64,000 bases of DNA from Convolutriloba macropyga (taxonomy: Eukaryota). Position 1 is the stretch's first letter. The number at the start of each line of letters is the position of its first letter. Positions 38,680 through 51,247 of this stretch are shown in pieces. A program made the position numbers and the translations under genes. The notes under the pieces were generated by a model that was not told the DNA's origin, ran no database searches, and was given only the letters and a program-made list of their open reading frames with translations. The stretch spans positions 29,202,001-29,266,000 of the forward strand of contig NC_134482.1 of assembly GCF_964194025.1 (NCBI RefSeq). Direction: 5' to 3'.

Positions 38680-38711
38680 AATCTGTGTGATCTGGCAGGG
38701 ACACATAGATT
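38680..38711 (+). promoter_or_regulatory. Conserved-loop hairpin, copy 7
   Basis: aatctgtgtg-ATCTGGCAGGGA-cacatagatt (one G.T pair). Confidence 0.6.
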
Positions 38712-38829
38712 ACTTTATAAAAGAAATTGACTCTTGCTGCTTTTGGTTTTCATGTTTATGTACACGAATTGGTGAAGGAAATTCTATGAGGTGGAGACCG
38801 ACCACCCTAAGTATACCAAAAAGTTGATG

Positions 38830-41800
38830 TCTTCTGCATGGACGTCGCGTCGCGTCTTCGGTTTGGGCGATAAGCTGTGTCGTTCCTCCTTTTCCTGTTT
38901 TCGGGTACTCTTAGTGCCCTCCGTTTTTTGCGCGATGCTTAGGCTTTGCTTTGTTTTGGGCACGTGCTTTGCCCCTGTTTGCTTGCGCCACGTAGGATTA
39001 AGGTTTTGCGTTGCTCTTTGTACCCCCTCCCATCTAAGGTTTTTGGCGCAGGCCTTAAGTGTTGCTTTGCCGGGCTTTGCTTTTGCCCATAGTGTGCTAA
39101 GGTTAGGGTGGGTGGTCTCTCCTTTGCCCGCGCCGTTTTAGGTGCCAGGTTTTTTGCGCTTCCGTTTCGCTTTTCCCTCCCCACTTGGGTTCCGGCGCGG
39201 CCTTTAGGTGTTTCTGGCTGGGCTTTGCTTTGCCCTGGTGTGCTCTGGCTCAGTTTGGGGGGTACCCTTGTGCTGAGGCGCTTGGGATTTCTTTGCTGTT
39301 CTGTGTTGTTCAGTTTTCTCTTTTTCTGCAGGATTCGGTGACACCCGAGGATAAGGAGACAACATGAGGAGGGCCTGGTGAGGTCCAGTTTGGGGGTTGG
39401 CTGGTGGGCGCGAGGGACTCTTCACTTGTGTTTGGTAAGTTCTGCCGCAGCTTTTTTTTGCGCGCTGCTTAGGCTTTGCTTTGTGGGCACGTGCTTTGCC
39501 CTTTCTGCCTGCGCCACTTAGGATTAAGGTTTTGCGTTGCTCTTTGTACCCCCTCCCATCTAGGCTTTTTGGCGCAGGCGTTAGGTGTTGCTTTGCCGGG
39601 CTTTGCTTTTGCCCATAGTGTGCTTAGGTTAGGGTGGGTGGTCTCTCCAGTGCCCGCGCCGATTTAGGAGCTAGGTTTTTCGCGCTTCCGTTTCGCTTTT
39701 CCCTCCCCACTTAGGTTTCGGCGCGGGCTTTAGGTGTTTCTTGCTGCGCTTTGCTTTGCCCTGGTGTGCTTTGGCTCGGTTTGGGGGGGGGGGTACCCTT
39801 GCGCTTATGCGCTTGGGATTTCTTTGCTGTTCTGTGTTCAGTTTTCTCTTTTTCTGCAGGATTCGGTGACACCCGAGGACGAGGAGACAACACGAGGAGG
39901 TCCTGGTGAGGTCCAGTTTGGGGGCTGGCTGGTGGGCACGAGGGACTCTTCACTTCTGTTTGGTAAGTTCTGCCGCAGCTTTTTTTGCGCGCTGCTTAGG
40001 CTTTGCTTTGTGGGCACGTGCTTTGCCCTTTTTGCCTGCGCCACTTAGGATTAAGGTTTTGCGTTGCTCTTTGTACCCCCTCCCATCTAGGCTTTTTGGC
40101 GCAGGCCTTAGGTGTTGCTTTGCTTTTGCCCATAGGGTGCTTAGGTTAGGGTGGGAGGTCTCTCTTTTGCCCGCGCCGATTTAGGAGCTAGGTTTTTCGC
40201 GCTTCCGTTTCGCTTTTCCCTCCCCACTTAGGTTTCGGCGCGGGCTTTAGGTGTTTCTTGCTGGGCTTTGCTTTGCCCTGGTGTGCTTTGGCTGAGTTTG
40301 GGTGGGGGGTACCCTTGCGCTTATGCGCTTGGGATTTCTTTGCTGTTCTGTAATGTTCAGTTTTCTCTTTTTCTGCAGGATTCGGTGACACCCGAGGACG
40401 AGGAGACGACACCCGAGGAGCCCTGGGTGGTGGAGACGACCTTTGGTGTTGGTGGTGGAGTCATCACCCCTTCTGCATGGACTTCGCGTCTTCGGTTTGG
40501 TCGGTAAGCTGTGTCGTTCCCCCCTTTTCCTGTTTTCGGGCACTCTTAGTGCTCCCCGCTTTTTGCGCGCTGCTTAGGCTTTGCTTTGTTTTGGGCACGT
40601 GCTTTGCCCTTTTTGCCTGCGCCACTTAGGATTAAGGTTTTGCGTTGCTCTTTGTACCCCCTCCCATCTAGGCTTTTTGGCGCAGGCCTTAGGTGTTGCT
40701 TTGCCGGGCTTTGCTTTTGCCCATAGGGTGCTTAGGTTAGGGTGGGAGGTCTCTCCTTTGCCCGCGCCGATTTAGGAGCTAGGTTTTTCGCGCTTCCGTT
40801 TCGCTTTTCGCTCCCCACTTAGGTTTCGGCGCGGGCTTTAGGTGTTTCTTGCTGGGCTTTGCTTTGCCCTGGTGTGCTTTGGCTCGGTTTGGGGGGTGGG
40901 GGGGTACCCTTGCGCTTAGGCGCTTGGAATTTCTTTGCTGTTCTGTGTTGTTCAGTTTTCTCTTTTTCTGCAGGATTCGGTGACACCCGAGGACGAGGAG
41001 ACGACACCCGAGGAGCCCTGGGTGGTGGAGACGACCTTTGGTGTTGGTGGTGGAGTCGTCACCCCTTCTGCATGGACTTCGCGTCTTCGGTTTGGTCGGT
41101 AAGCTGTGTCGTTCCCCCCTTTTCCTGTTTTCGGTCACTCTTAGTGCTCCCCGCTTTTTGCGCGCTGCTTAGGCTTTGCTTTGTTTTGGGCACGTGCTTT
41201 GCCCTTTTTGCCTGCGCCACTTAGGATTAAGGTTTTGCGTTGCTCTTTGTACCCCCTCCCATCTAGGCTTTTTGGCGCAGGCCTTAGGTGTTGCTTTGCC
41301 GGGCTTTGCTTTTGCCCATAGGGTGCTTAGGTTAGGGTGGGAGGTCTCTCCTTTGCCCGCGCCGATTTAGGAGCTAGGTTTTTCGCGCTTCCGTTTCGCT
41401 TTTCCCTCCCCACTTAGGTTTCGGCGCGGGCTTTAGGTGTTTCTTGCTGGGCTTTGCTTTGCCCTGGTGTGCTTTGGCTCGGTTTGGGGGGTGGGGGGGT
41501 ACCCTTGCGCTTAGGCGCTGGGAATTTCTTTGCTGTTCTGTGTTGTTCAGTTTTCTCTTTTTCTGCAGGATTCGGTGACACCCGAGGACGAGGAGACGAC
41601 ACCCGAGGAGCCCTGGGTGGTGGAGACAACCTTTGGTGTTGGTGGTGGAGTTGTCACCCCTTCTGCATGGACTTCGCGTCTTCGGTTTGGTCGGTAAGCT
41701 ATGCCGTTCCCCCCCCTTTTCCTGTTTTCGGGCACTCTTAGTGCTCTCCGCTTTTTGCGCGCTGCTTAGGCTTTGCTTTGTTTTGGGCACGTGCTTTGCC

Positions 41801-44800
41801 CTTTTTGCCTGCGCCACTTAGGATTAAGGTTTTGCGTTGCTCCTTGTACCCTCTCCCATCTAGGCTTTTTGGCGCAGGCCTTAGGTGTTGCTTTGCCGGG
41901 CTTTGCTTTTGCCCATAGTGTGCTAAGTTTAGGGTAGGTGGTCTCTCCTTTGCCCGCGCCGATTTAGGAGCTAGGTTTTTTGCGCTTCCGTTTCGCTTTT
42001 CCCTCCCCCCTTAGGTTTCGGCGCGGGCTTTAGCTGTTTCTTGCTGGGCTTTGCTTTGCCCTGGTGTGCTTTGGCTCGGTTTGGGGGGTACCCTTGCGCT
42101 TAGGCGCTTGGGATTTCTTTGCTGTTCTGTGTTGTTCAGTTTTCTCTTTTTCTGCAGGATTCGGTGACACCCGAGGACGAGGAGACGGCACCCGAGGAGC
42201 CCTGGGTGGTGGAGACGACCTTTGGTGTTGGTGGTGGAGTCGTCACCCCTTCTGCATGGACTTCGCGTCTTCGGTTTGGTCGGTAAGCTGTGTCGTTCCC
42301 CCCCCCTTTCCTGTTTTCGGGCACTCTTAGTGCTCCCCGCTTTTTGCGCGCTGCTTAGGCTTTGCTTTGTTTTGGGCACGTGCTTTGCCCTTTTTGCCTG
42401 CGCCACTTAGGATTAAGGTTTTGCGTTGCTCTTTGTACCCCCTCCCATCTAGGCTTTTTGGCGCAGGCCTTAAGTGTTGCTTTGCCGGGCTTTGCTTTTG
42501 CCCATAGTGTGCTTAGGTTAGGGTGGGTGGTCTCTCCTGTGACCGCGCCGATTTAGGAGCTAGGTTTTTCGCGCTTCCGTTTCGCTTTTCCCTCCCCACT
42601 TAGGTTTCGGCGCGGGCTTTAGGTGTTTCTTGCTGGGCTCTGCTGCTTTGCCCTGGTGTGCTTTGGCTCGCTTTGGGGGGGGGGGTTACCCTTGCGCTTA
42701 GGCGCTTGGGATTTCTTTGCTGTTCTGTGTTGTTCAGTTTTCTCTTTTTCTGCAGGATTCGGTGACACCCGAGGACAAGGAGACGACACCCGAGGAGCCC
42801 TGGGTGGTGGAGACGACCTTTGGTGTTGGTGGTGGAGACGTCACCCCTTCTGCATGGACTTCGCGTCTTCGGTTTGGTCGGTAAGCTGTGTCGTTCCCCC
42901 CCTTTTCCTGTTTTCGGGCACTCTTAGTGCTCCCCGCTTTTTTTGCGCGCTGCTTAGGCTTTGCTTTGTTTTGGGCACGTGCTTTGCCCTTTTTGCCTGC
43001 GCCACTTAGGATTAAGGTTTTGCGTTGCTCCTTGTACCCCCTCCCATCTAGGCTTTTTGGCGCAGGCCTTAGGTGTTGCTTTGCCGGGCTTTGCTTTTGC
43101 CCATAGTGTGCTAAGTTTAGGGTAGGTGGTCTCTCCTTTGCCCGCGCCGATTTAGGAGCTAGGTTTTTTGCGCTTCCGTTTCGCTTTTCCCTCCCCCCTT
43201 AGGTTTCGGCGCGGGCTTTAGGTGTTTCTTGCTGGGCTTTGCTTTGCCCTGGTGTGCTTTGGCTCGGTTTGGGGGGGTACCCTTGCGCTTAGGCGATTGG
43301 GATTTCTTTGCTGTTCTGTGTTGTTCAGTTTTCTCTTTTTCTGCAGGATTCGGTGACACCCGAGGACAAGGAGACGACACCCGAGGAGCCCTGGGTGGTG
43401 GAGACGACCTTTGGTGTTGGTGGTGGAGTCGTCACCCCTTCTGCATGGACTTCGCGTCTTCGGTTTGGTCGGTAAGCTGTGTCGTTCCCCCCCCCCTTTT
43501 CCTGTTTTCGGGCACTCTTAGTGCTCCCCGCTTTTTGCGCGCTGCTTAGGCTTTGCTTTGTTTTGGGCACGTGCTTTGCCCTTTTTGCCTGCGCCACTTA
43601 GGATTAAGGTTTTGCGTTGCTCTTTGTACCCCCTCCCATCTAGGCTTTTTGGCGCAGGCCTTAAGTGTTGCTTTGCCGGGCTTTGCTTTTGCCCATAGTG
43701 TGCTTAGGTTAGGGTGGGTGGTCTCTCCTGTGCCCGCGCCGATTTAGGAGCTAGGTTTTTCGCGCTTCCGTTTCGCTTTTCCCTCCCCACTTAGGTTTCG
43801 GCGCGGGCTTTAGGTGTTTCTTGCTGGGCTTTGCTTTGCCCTGGTGTGCTTTGGCTCGGTTTGGGGGGGGGGGTACCCTTGCGCTTAGGCGCTTGGGATT
43901 TCTTTGCTGTTCTGTGTTGTTCAGTTTTTTCTTTTTCTGCATGATTCGGTGACACCCGAGGACAAGGAGACGACACCCGAGGAGCTCTGGGTGGTGGAGA
44001 CGACCTTTGGTGTTGGTGGTGGAGTCGTCACCCCTTCTGCATGGACTTCGCGTCTTCGGTTTGGTCGGTAAGCTGTGTCGTTCCCCCCCCCCTTTTCCTG
44101 TTTTCGGGCACTCTTAGTGCTCCCCGCTTTTTTTGCGCGCTGCTTAGGCTTTGCTTTGTTTTGGGCACGTGCTTTGCCCTTTTTGCCTGCGCCACTTAGG
44201 ATTAAGGTTTTGCGTTGCTCTTTGTACCCCCTCCCATCTAGGCTTTTTGGCGCAGGCCTCAGGTGTTGCTTTGCCGGGCTTTGCTTTTGCCCATAGTGTG
44301 CTTAGGTTAGGGTGGGTGGTCTCTCCTGTGCCCGCGCCGATTTAGGAGCTAGGTTTTTCGCGCTTCCGTTTCGCTTTTCCCTCCCCACTTAGGTTTCGGC
44401 GCGGGATTTAGGTGTTTCTTGCTCGGCTTTGTTTTGCCCTGGTGTGCTTTGGCTCGGTTTAGGGGGGGGGTACCCTTGCGCTTAGGCGCTTGGGACTTCT
44501 TTGCTGTTCTGTGTTGTTCAGTTTTCTCTTTTTCTGCAGGATTCGGTGGTACTCGAGGACGAGGAGACGACACCCGAGGAGCCCTGGGTGGTGGAGACGA
44601 CCTTTGGTGTTGGTGGTGGAGTCGTCACCCCTTCTGCATGGACTTCGCGTCTTCGGTTTGGTCGGTATGCTGTGTCGTCCCCCCCCCCCCTTTTCCTGTT
44701 TTCGAACACTCTTAGTGCTCCCCGCTTATTGCGCGCTGCTTAGGCTTTGCTTTGTTTTGGGCACGTGCTTTGCCCTTTTTGCCTGTGCCACTTAGGATTA

Positions 44801-46950
44801 AGGTTTTGCGTTGCTCTTTGTACCCCCTCCCATCTAGGCTTTTTGGCGCAGGCCTTAAGTGTTGCTTTGCCGGGCTTTGCTTTTGCCCATAGTGTGCTTA
44901 GGTTAGGGTGGGTGGTCTCTCCTGTGCCCGCGCCGATTTAGGAGCTAGGTTTTTCGCGCTTCCGTTTCGCTTTTCCCTACCCACTTAGGTTTCGGCGCGG
45001 GCTTTAGGTGTTTCTTGCTGGGCTTTGCTTTGCCCTGGTGTGCTTTGGCTCGGTTTGGGGGGGTACCCTTGCGCTTAGGCGCTTGGGATTTCTTTGCTGT
45101 TCTGTGTTGTTCAGTTTTCTCTTTTTCTGCATGATTCGGTGACACCCGAGGACAAGGAGACGACACCCGAGGAGCCCTGGGTGGTGGAGACGACCTTTGG
45201 TGTTGGTGGTGGAGTCGTCACCCCTTCTGCATGGACTTCGCGTCTTCGGTTTGGTCGGTAAGCTGTGTCGTTCCCCCCTTTTCCTGTTTTCGGGCACTCT
45301 TAGTGCTCCCCGCTTTTTTTGCGCGCTGCTTAGGCTTTGCTTTGTTTTGGGCACGTGCTTTGCCCTTTTTGCCTGCGCCACTTAGGATTAAGGTTTTGCG
45401 TTGCTCTTTGTACCCCCTCCCATCTAGGCTTTTCGGCGCAGGCCTCAGGTGTTGCTTTGCGGGCTTTGCTTTTGCCCATAGTGTGCTTAGGTTAGGGTGG
45501 GTGGTCTCTCCTGTGCCCGCGCCGATTTAGGAGCTAGGTTTTTCGCGCTTCCGTTTCACTTTTCCCTCCCCACTTTGGTTTCGGCGCGGGATTTAGGTGT
45601 TTCTTGCTCGGCTTTGTTTTGCCCTGGTGTGCTTTGGCTCGGTTTAGGGGGGGGGGTACCCTTGCGCTTAGGCGCTTGGGACTTCTTTGCTGTTCTGTGT
45701 TGTTCAGTTTTCTCTTTTTCTGCAGGATTCGGTGACACCCGAGGACAAGGAGACGACACCCGAGGAGCCCTGGGTGGTGGAGACGACCTTTGGTGTTGGT
45801 GGTGGAGTCGTCACCCCTTCTGCATGGACTTCGCGTCTTCGGTTTGGTCGGTAAGCTGTGTCGTCCCCCCCCCCTTTTCCTGTTTTCGGGCACTCTTAGT
45901 GCTCCCCGCTTATTGCGCGCTGCTTAGGCTTTGCTTTGTTTTGGGCACGTGCTTTGCCCTTTTTGCCTGCGCCACTTAGGATTAAGGTTTTTCGTTGCTC
46001 TTTGTACCCCCTCCCATCTAGGCTTTTTGGCGCAGGCCTTAGGTGTTGCTTTGCCGGGCTTTGCTTTTGCCCATAGTGTGCTTAGGTTAGGGTGGGTGGT
46101 CTCTCCTGTGCCCGCGCCGATTTAGGAGCTAGGTTTTTCGCGCTTCCGTTTCGCTTTTCCCTCCCCACTTAGGTTTCGGCGCGGGCTTTAGGTGTTTCTT
46201 GCTGGGCTTTGCTTTGCCCTGGTGTGCTTTGGCTCGGTTTGGGGGGGGGGGGGTACCCTTGCGCTTAGGCGCTTGGGATTTCTTTGCTGTTCTGTGTTGT
46301 TCAGTTTTCTCTTTTTCTGCAGGATTCGGTGACACCCGAGGACAAGGAGACGACACCCGAGGAGCCCTGGGTGGTGGAGACGACCTTTGGTGTTGGTGGA
46401 GGAGTCGTCACCCCTTCTGCATGGACTTCGCGTCTTCGGTTTGGTCGTTAAGCTGTGTCGTTCCCCCCTTTTCCTGTTTTCGGGCACTCTTAGTGCTCCC
46501 CGCTTTTTGCGCGCTGCTTAGGCTTTGCTTTGTTTTGGGCACGTGCTTTGCCCTTTTTGCCTGCGCCACTTAGGATTAAGGTTTTGCGTTGCTCTTTGTA
46601 CCCCCTCCCATCTAGGCTTTTTGGCGCAGGCCTTAGGTGTTGCTTTGCCGGGCTTTGCTTTTGCCCATAGTGTGCATAGGTTAGGGTGGGGTGGGTGGTC
46701 TCTCCTGTGCCCGCGCCGATTTAGGAGCTAGGTTTTTCGCGCTTCCGTTTCGCTTTTCCCTCCCCACTTAGGTTTCGGCGCGGGCTTTAGGTGTTTCTTG
46801 CTGGGCTTTGCTTTGCCCTGGTGTGCTTTGGCTCGGTTTGGGGGGGGGGTACCCTTGCGCTTAGGCGCTTGGGATTTCCTTGCTGTTCTGTGTTGTTCAC
46901 TTTTTTTTTCTGCAGGATTCGGTGACACCCGAGGACGAGGAGACGACACC
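38830..46950. repeat. GC-rich, strand-skewed satellite array, ~595-bp monomer (first units ~527 bp), about 14 copies
   Basis: The marker gcacgtgctttgccc recurs 14 times from ~38960 to ~46539. The plus strand is G/T-rich and A-poor, with many TTAGG motifs. Confidence 0.95.
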
Positions 46951-47309
46951 CTACGACGAGACCACAGTCACTTGAAAATGAAAAGAAACAAAATTGTTTG
47001 AAAAAAAAACTCAAAGAAAAATCAAAAAAGAAGAAAAGAAGATCAGCGAAGGGAGTCGTCTGCCTGTTGTTTTCTTGTGCTAGATTGGTTTTTCGATGTG
47101 ATGTATTTATTTTTTTTGTATTTATTTTTTTTGTTCTTTTAAATTCAAATTTCATCTGCTTTCCTGAGTTTCTTCTCATAAGACTTAGGTCTAGGATAGG
47201 AACGTTTTTTTGTTACTAAAATAGGATAGGATTGGTTTTCCGCGGCTTTTTTAGGCGCTTTTTTTGTTTAGGATAGGTTAAGGAGAGAAAAAAAATCTGC
47301 AAAATATGC

Positions 47310-47473
47310 TGTTAATCTTGCAAGATCTTGCAAGAGGATGTTAATCTTGCAAGAAAATCTTGCAAAAAAATGTTAATCTTGCAAGATCTTGCAAGAAAAT
47401 CTTGCAAGATTATGCATAATCTTGCAAGATCTTGCAAGATTCTTGCAAGATTAACATCCTAAATCGACTAGGG
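47310..47473 (-). repeat. Right subterminal repeats and TIR
   Basis: Multiple tcttgcaaga units ending gattaacatcctaaatcgactaggg, the inverse of the left end. Confidence 0.9.
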
Positions 47474-50400
47474 TACTTTACACATATAAATACGTAAAAA
47501 AAAATTATGCATAACTTTTGATTACCAGGAGTAAAGCTAACCCGGTCGTTTTGCTTGTTTTCTTTCGTTTACTTTTCAGAAAGGATCAATTTTTCATGAA
47601 TTTGAATTTGCTCCAAGTTCCAAGGAAGCAGTGCGTTTTATATGATCGTTCAGACTTTTATAGGAAAATGCAATTTCAGGGATATTTAGATACCAAACCC
47701 ATCTGTACTTTTTAGCGCTTATGAGTGTAGCATTTTTGGTCGATTGGCAATGGACATCTCTGGCCATGAACAAGCACCACTTTTATCTGGACACCACGAA
47801 AACGCATCCACGAGTTCTGGTTTCCACTTTGTCGTCAAACGAACAAATAGCAACCGGGTTGCGTGGGTGCTGCATGTAGATGCAAGCGCCTAATGAGATT
47901 CTTGGACCATTTCCGCGGCAAATTTTTTTTGGCTCCACCACCCATCCTCAGACTAAGGAGAGCGATAGAACATTACGTTGCGCTTAATCGCTGTAAAATA
48001 GAATACATTTCACAGAAAAGATCCTTCGTTTTTAGCGATTAAAGCGGTTTTCCCCGCTCTCAGCTCAAAATCGTCTCCTTTACCGTGCCTCGAACACTGC
48101 CTCCTGTCATTTAATTGCAACACAATTGTTGTTACTTCAATAAAAATTACGTAATTATGTGGATCAAGGGAGTGGGTGAATTTTATTAGATTTGCTGAAG
48201 TTTTATCAGTTACTTTGTAAGATTTTCAGTCAATGGTTTTTAACGTGGCTCAAAAAGGATGCAAAAACTCAAAAAGGATCTTAAGTTTTTATCTGTAAAA
48301 CCACTTGACCCGTGTTGTAAATTATGACTAGCTCCGCTTGATATTTAGTTTTTTTTACTGTCTACTTAACAACAATCAAACAACAATTTCGCAAACAAGT
48401 TTGTGCAAACATGTCAGTTGAGCAACGCTGTGAGTAATGCAATATAACGGAAAGTTCCTAAAAGCCCTTGAGAACTACATTTACGTTCCGGTTTTTGAGC
48501 GGTTCAAAAATTTTAACACGTAGAAATTTAACACGTAGAGAATAAAAACATGAAATATAGCGAAAAATCAATCCAATGTGATTTACACACTGAAAGTAAT
48601 TGCCATTAGCAAATAAGAATAGATAAAACTCTCTCCTTTGGAAGCTGATTTTTACGTTTTTGGTAACTAAAAGTGGATTAATTAGTTCTAATTTTTTATT
48701 CTAATTCTAATTGCAGCGCCAACTTTTCAATTTTTGTTCTTGGTTTAGGTGATAATTGTCATTTCGCCAAAGATATTCGGAAATTTGAGCAACAAAAAAC
48801 AAATTAAACAATTTTTTGATCAGTTTTACATTAAATTGCTTGCCTGATTATCTGTGTTAAACCAGATTGGAGTTTGTTTGATCTCTTACGATGAGCGTGT
48901 CCGTTCTTATAATGTCCGTGCTCGATTTTCTTAGTACGATCTAGGCATGAAACCAAAGATACCATATGTGAACCTTGCATTTTTGCAAAGTAATCATATA
49001 TGATTGTGGACTGCACATAACAATTTTTTAAAATTAAATGCAATCTGACTACATTAAAGGGAATTTTTGGTATCAGTCAACGTTTTACGAACAATGTAAT
49101 ACCTTTTTTGATTTCCAAAAAAATTATCCAGTTTTTAGCGAAAATAAAGTCACTGAGGTTTTCAGGTTTTAAATTTTTTAGTATGATTTCTGTATGATTT
49201 TCAAGAATTCATATACAATTTTGTATAACTATTATTAAGTCATATAAATTATATATGGTACGTTGCAAAAAATCATTTATGAGCTAGTATCAAATCACAA
49301 AAATTGTATAAGGGATGATCAGGGAAAGGCTGTTTTGACTAGGAGTAAATTGGTGCCAAAGGTTTTTAGCGAAAGGTTTAGCAAATGGTTTTCTCATACT
49401 ACAACAAGCGATGTCATACGACTTTCACAACATCTGTTATTCTGCATTTGTTTATGTTTTTTAGCATTATACATCAACAAAATCAATTGCGGCCGACCAG
49501 GCAAAGTAGAATTAAATTTCAGTCTAGGTCAGCAAGATAGTTTTAACCACTTTGTTTTGATTTTGCACCAATGATAGAAAATGAAATGTTAAATTGATTT
49601 TTTTTCCTGGTTTTACTTATCTGAGATTTTTGAAAAACACAAATTTTTAAGTTGTTATGTTATATGATACACGTCACTCATTTACTAAAATGTGATTGGT
49701 TTCTTTGGAAATACAAGAATGATATTCCTTGTGAGCAAGAAAGTTTTTTTGCCGTAAACCAATATTTCAACCTTTCCTTCATTGTTGTTCTTACAGTTGT
49801 TTAGCCTAATTAAAGTTATTTTTGCTATCAAATGGTTTTTGTAGTTTGTGAAATTACGTTTTGATGATTCAATAAAAATGAAATTGAAAATCGATTCTCT
49901 TCTTTGAAAAAATTTTACATCATCTCCGAAAGTTTAATGTTCCTACATTTTAAAGGAAAAAATGTGAAAATTATATCCTAGCTCCAAGTTTTTATCAGAC
50001 AATGTTCAACCTTGAGTTTTTTGGTGGATCGAAGACGAACAAATGTGGTAACATAATGATATTTTTCCTGCTAGAATTGCACTACAAAAAAGATTTTGCA
50101 AGAGTTTGTAGAATTGAAAAGTAAAGTTAAATTGCATAATTTTGTGGCCCATTTTGGTGACTTTATGGATTCTATGTTATCTTCTGCTGTTATCAGCAAC
50201 ATAGAATCAATATTAAACTGAAACTTGTTTCTTGTTCTCCTTAAAACGCCTATCTTTATAGAATATAGATGGGAGCCGCGAATAATTTAATCTAATGTAT
50301 GGAAAGTCAATTCCCTATCCTCTACATGTTGACAATCTGGAAAAATATAGACACAAGATAGATATAGTTATCTGTTCCAACTTCACTTCGTTTCGTTTCA

Positions 50401-51247
50401 AATTTCGTAATTTTTAATTTCTATTGCTTGCTACCGGTGATTGAAAATTTGTCTGATTTCAGAGAGTTACAAAAACGGTAATGACATTTATGGAAAAACT
50501 GGAGCCTCATGATATTGTTAGATTCTTTAAAAGCCTCTAAGCGCTTTCTTTCACAATTTCTTGTTTTCTCCAGTGATGTACGTCTGATTAAGACTGCGTG
50601 ACTAAATTTGCCTTCAGCAAATAAAATTAGAAAATTGCCAAAAGTAGCCTTCCACCTGTACAGCAATTGACTCCGAAGGCAAACGAAAAGTGAATCATTT
50701 GCTGTGCTCCTGTTTTTCCTTCAAAGGTCGTTTTTGATTATTTGAGTGTGTTTTATCACACTTGACTCCTTGGTTTTTACCTGATCAAAATTGGTCTGCT
50801 CCAAAATGTTAGACGTCATCTGCATTGGCAGCAGTAAACTAAAAGACATCAACTGGAAAGAGCGCAATAGTTTGTTTTGTCAAACAAAACTTGATACAAA
50901 ACAGTATTCCCTTTTAAATCTCTTTTTTGTTGGGATCTTTTCCGTGTGTCTCCCTGCTTATTGGGTGCATATTATTTGCACCCCCGACGCAGGTGCCATA
51001 TTTTTACACATATAACTTTTACTATATAATGACACGTGCTCTTTAACGGAGGGGAGAGGGTACACAACGTACTGTTTTTATGTGCAAATCGTGCTACATA
51101 AAAACAGCCCCAGTCACACGTTCAACATACGGCTGTTGATTTCTTTTTGATCAGATTTTGCGAAAATGGCAAGGCTGTGATGAGCTCTTAAAGACAATTT
51201 TATTCTCAAGATTCAGTGTATTGTGATCATTTAGTTGTTAAAGAGGC

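Larger units (their letters stand above)
14075..47473 (+). mobile_element. Giant (~33.4 kb) CMC/EnSpm(CACTA)-like DNA transposon with cargo genes and internal satellites
   Basis: The termini match at 30 of 33 bp (ccctagtcga-nnn-aggatgttaatcttgcaaga). Both ends carry the same subterminal repeats, and a CMC-type DDE transposase lies inside. The flanks are TG/TA, one mismatch from a 2-bp TSD. Confidence 0.85.

Noticed and set aside
31010-38711. Hairpins as iron-responsive, Smaug or histone stem-loop elements
   Set aside because: The loop lacks CAGUGN and the histone consensus. CNGGN is present but is not consistently closed by a stem.
38830-46950. True telomeric array
   Set aside because: TTAGG/TTAGGG motifs are dispersed inside a complex monomer, not tandem.
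38791-47001. Dozens of overlapping ORFs on both strands in satellite B
   Set aside because: They result from the biased composition, and frames are not conserved between units.
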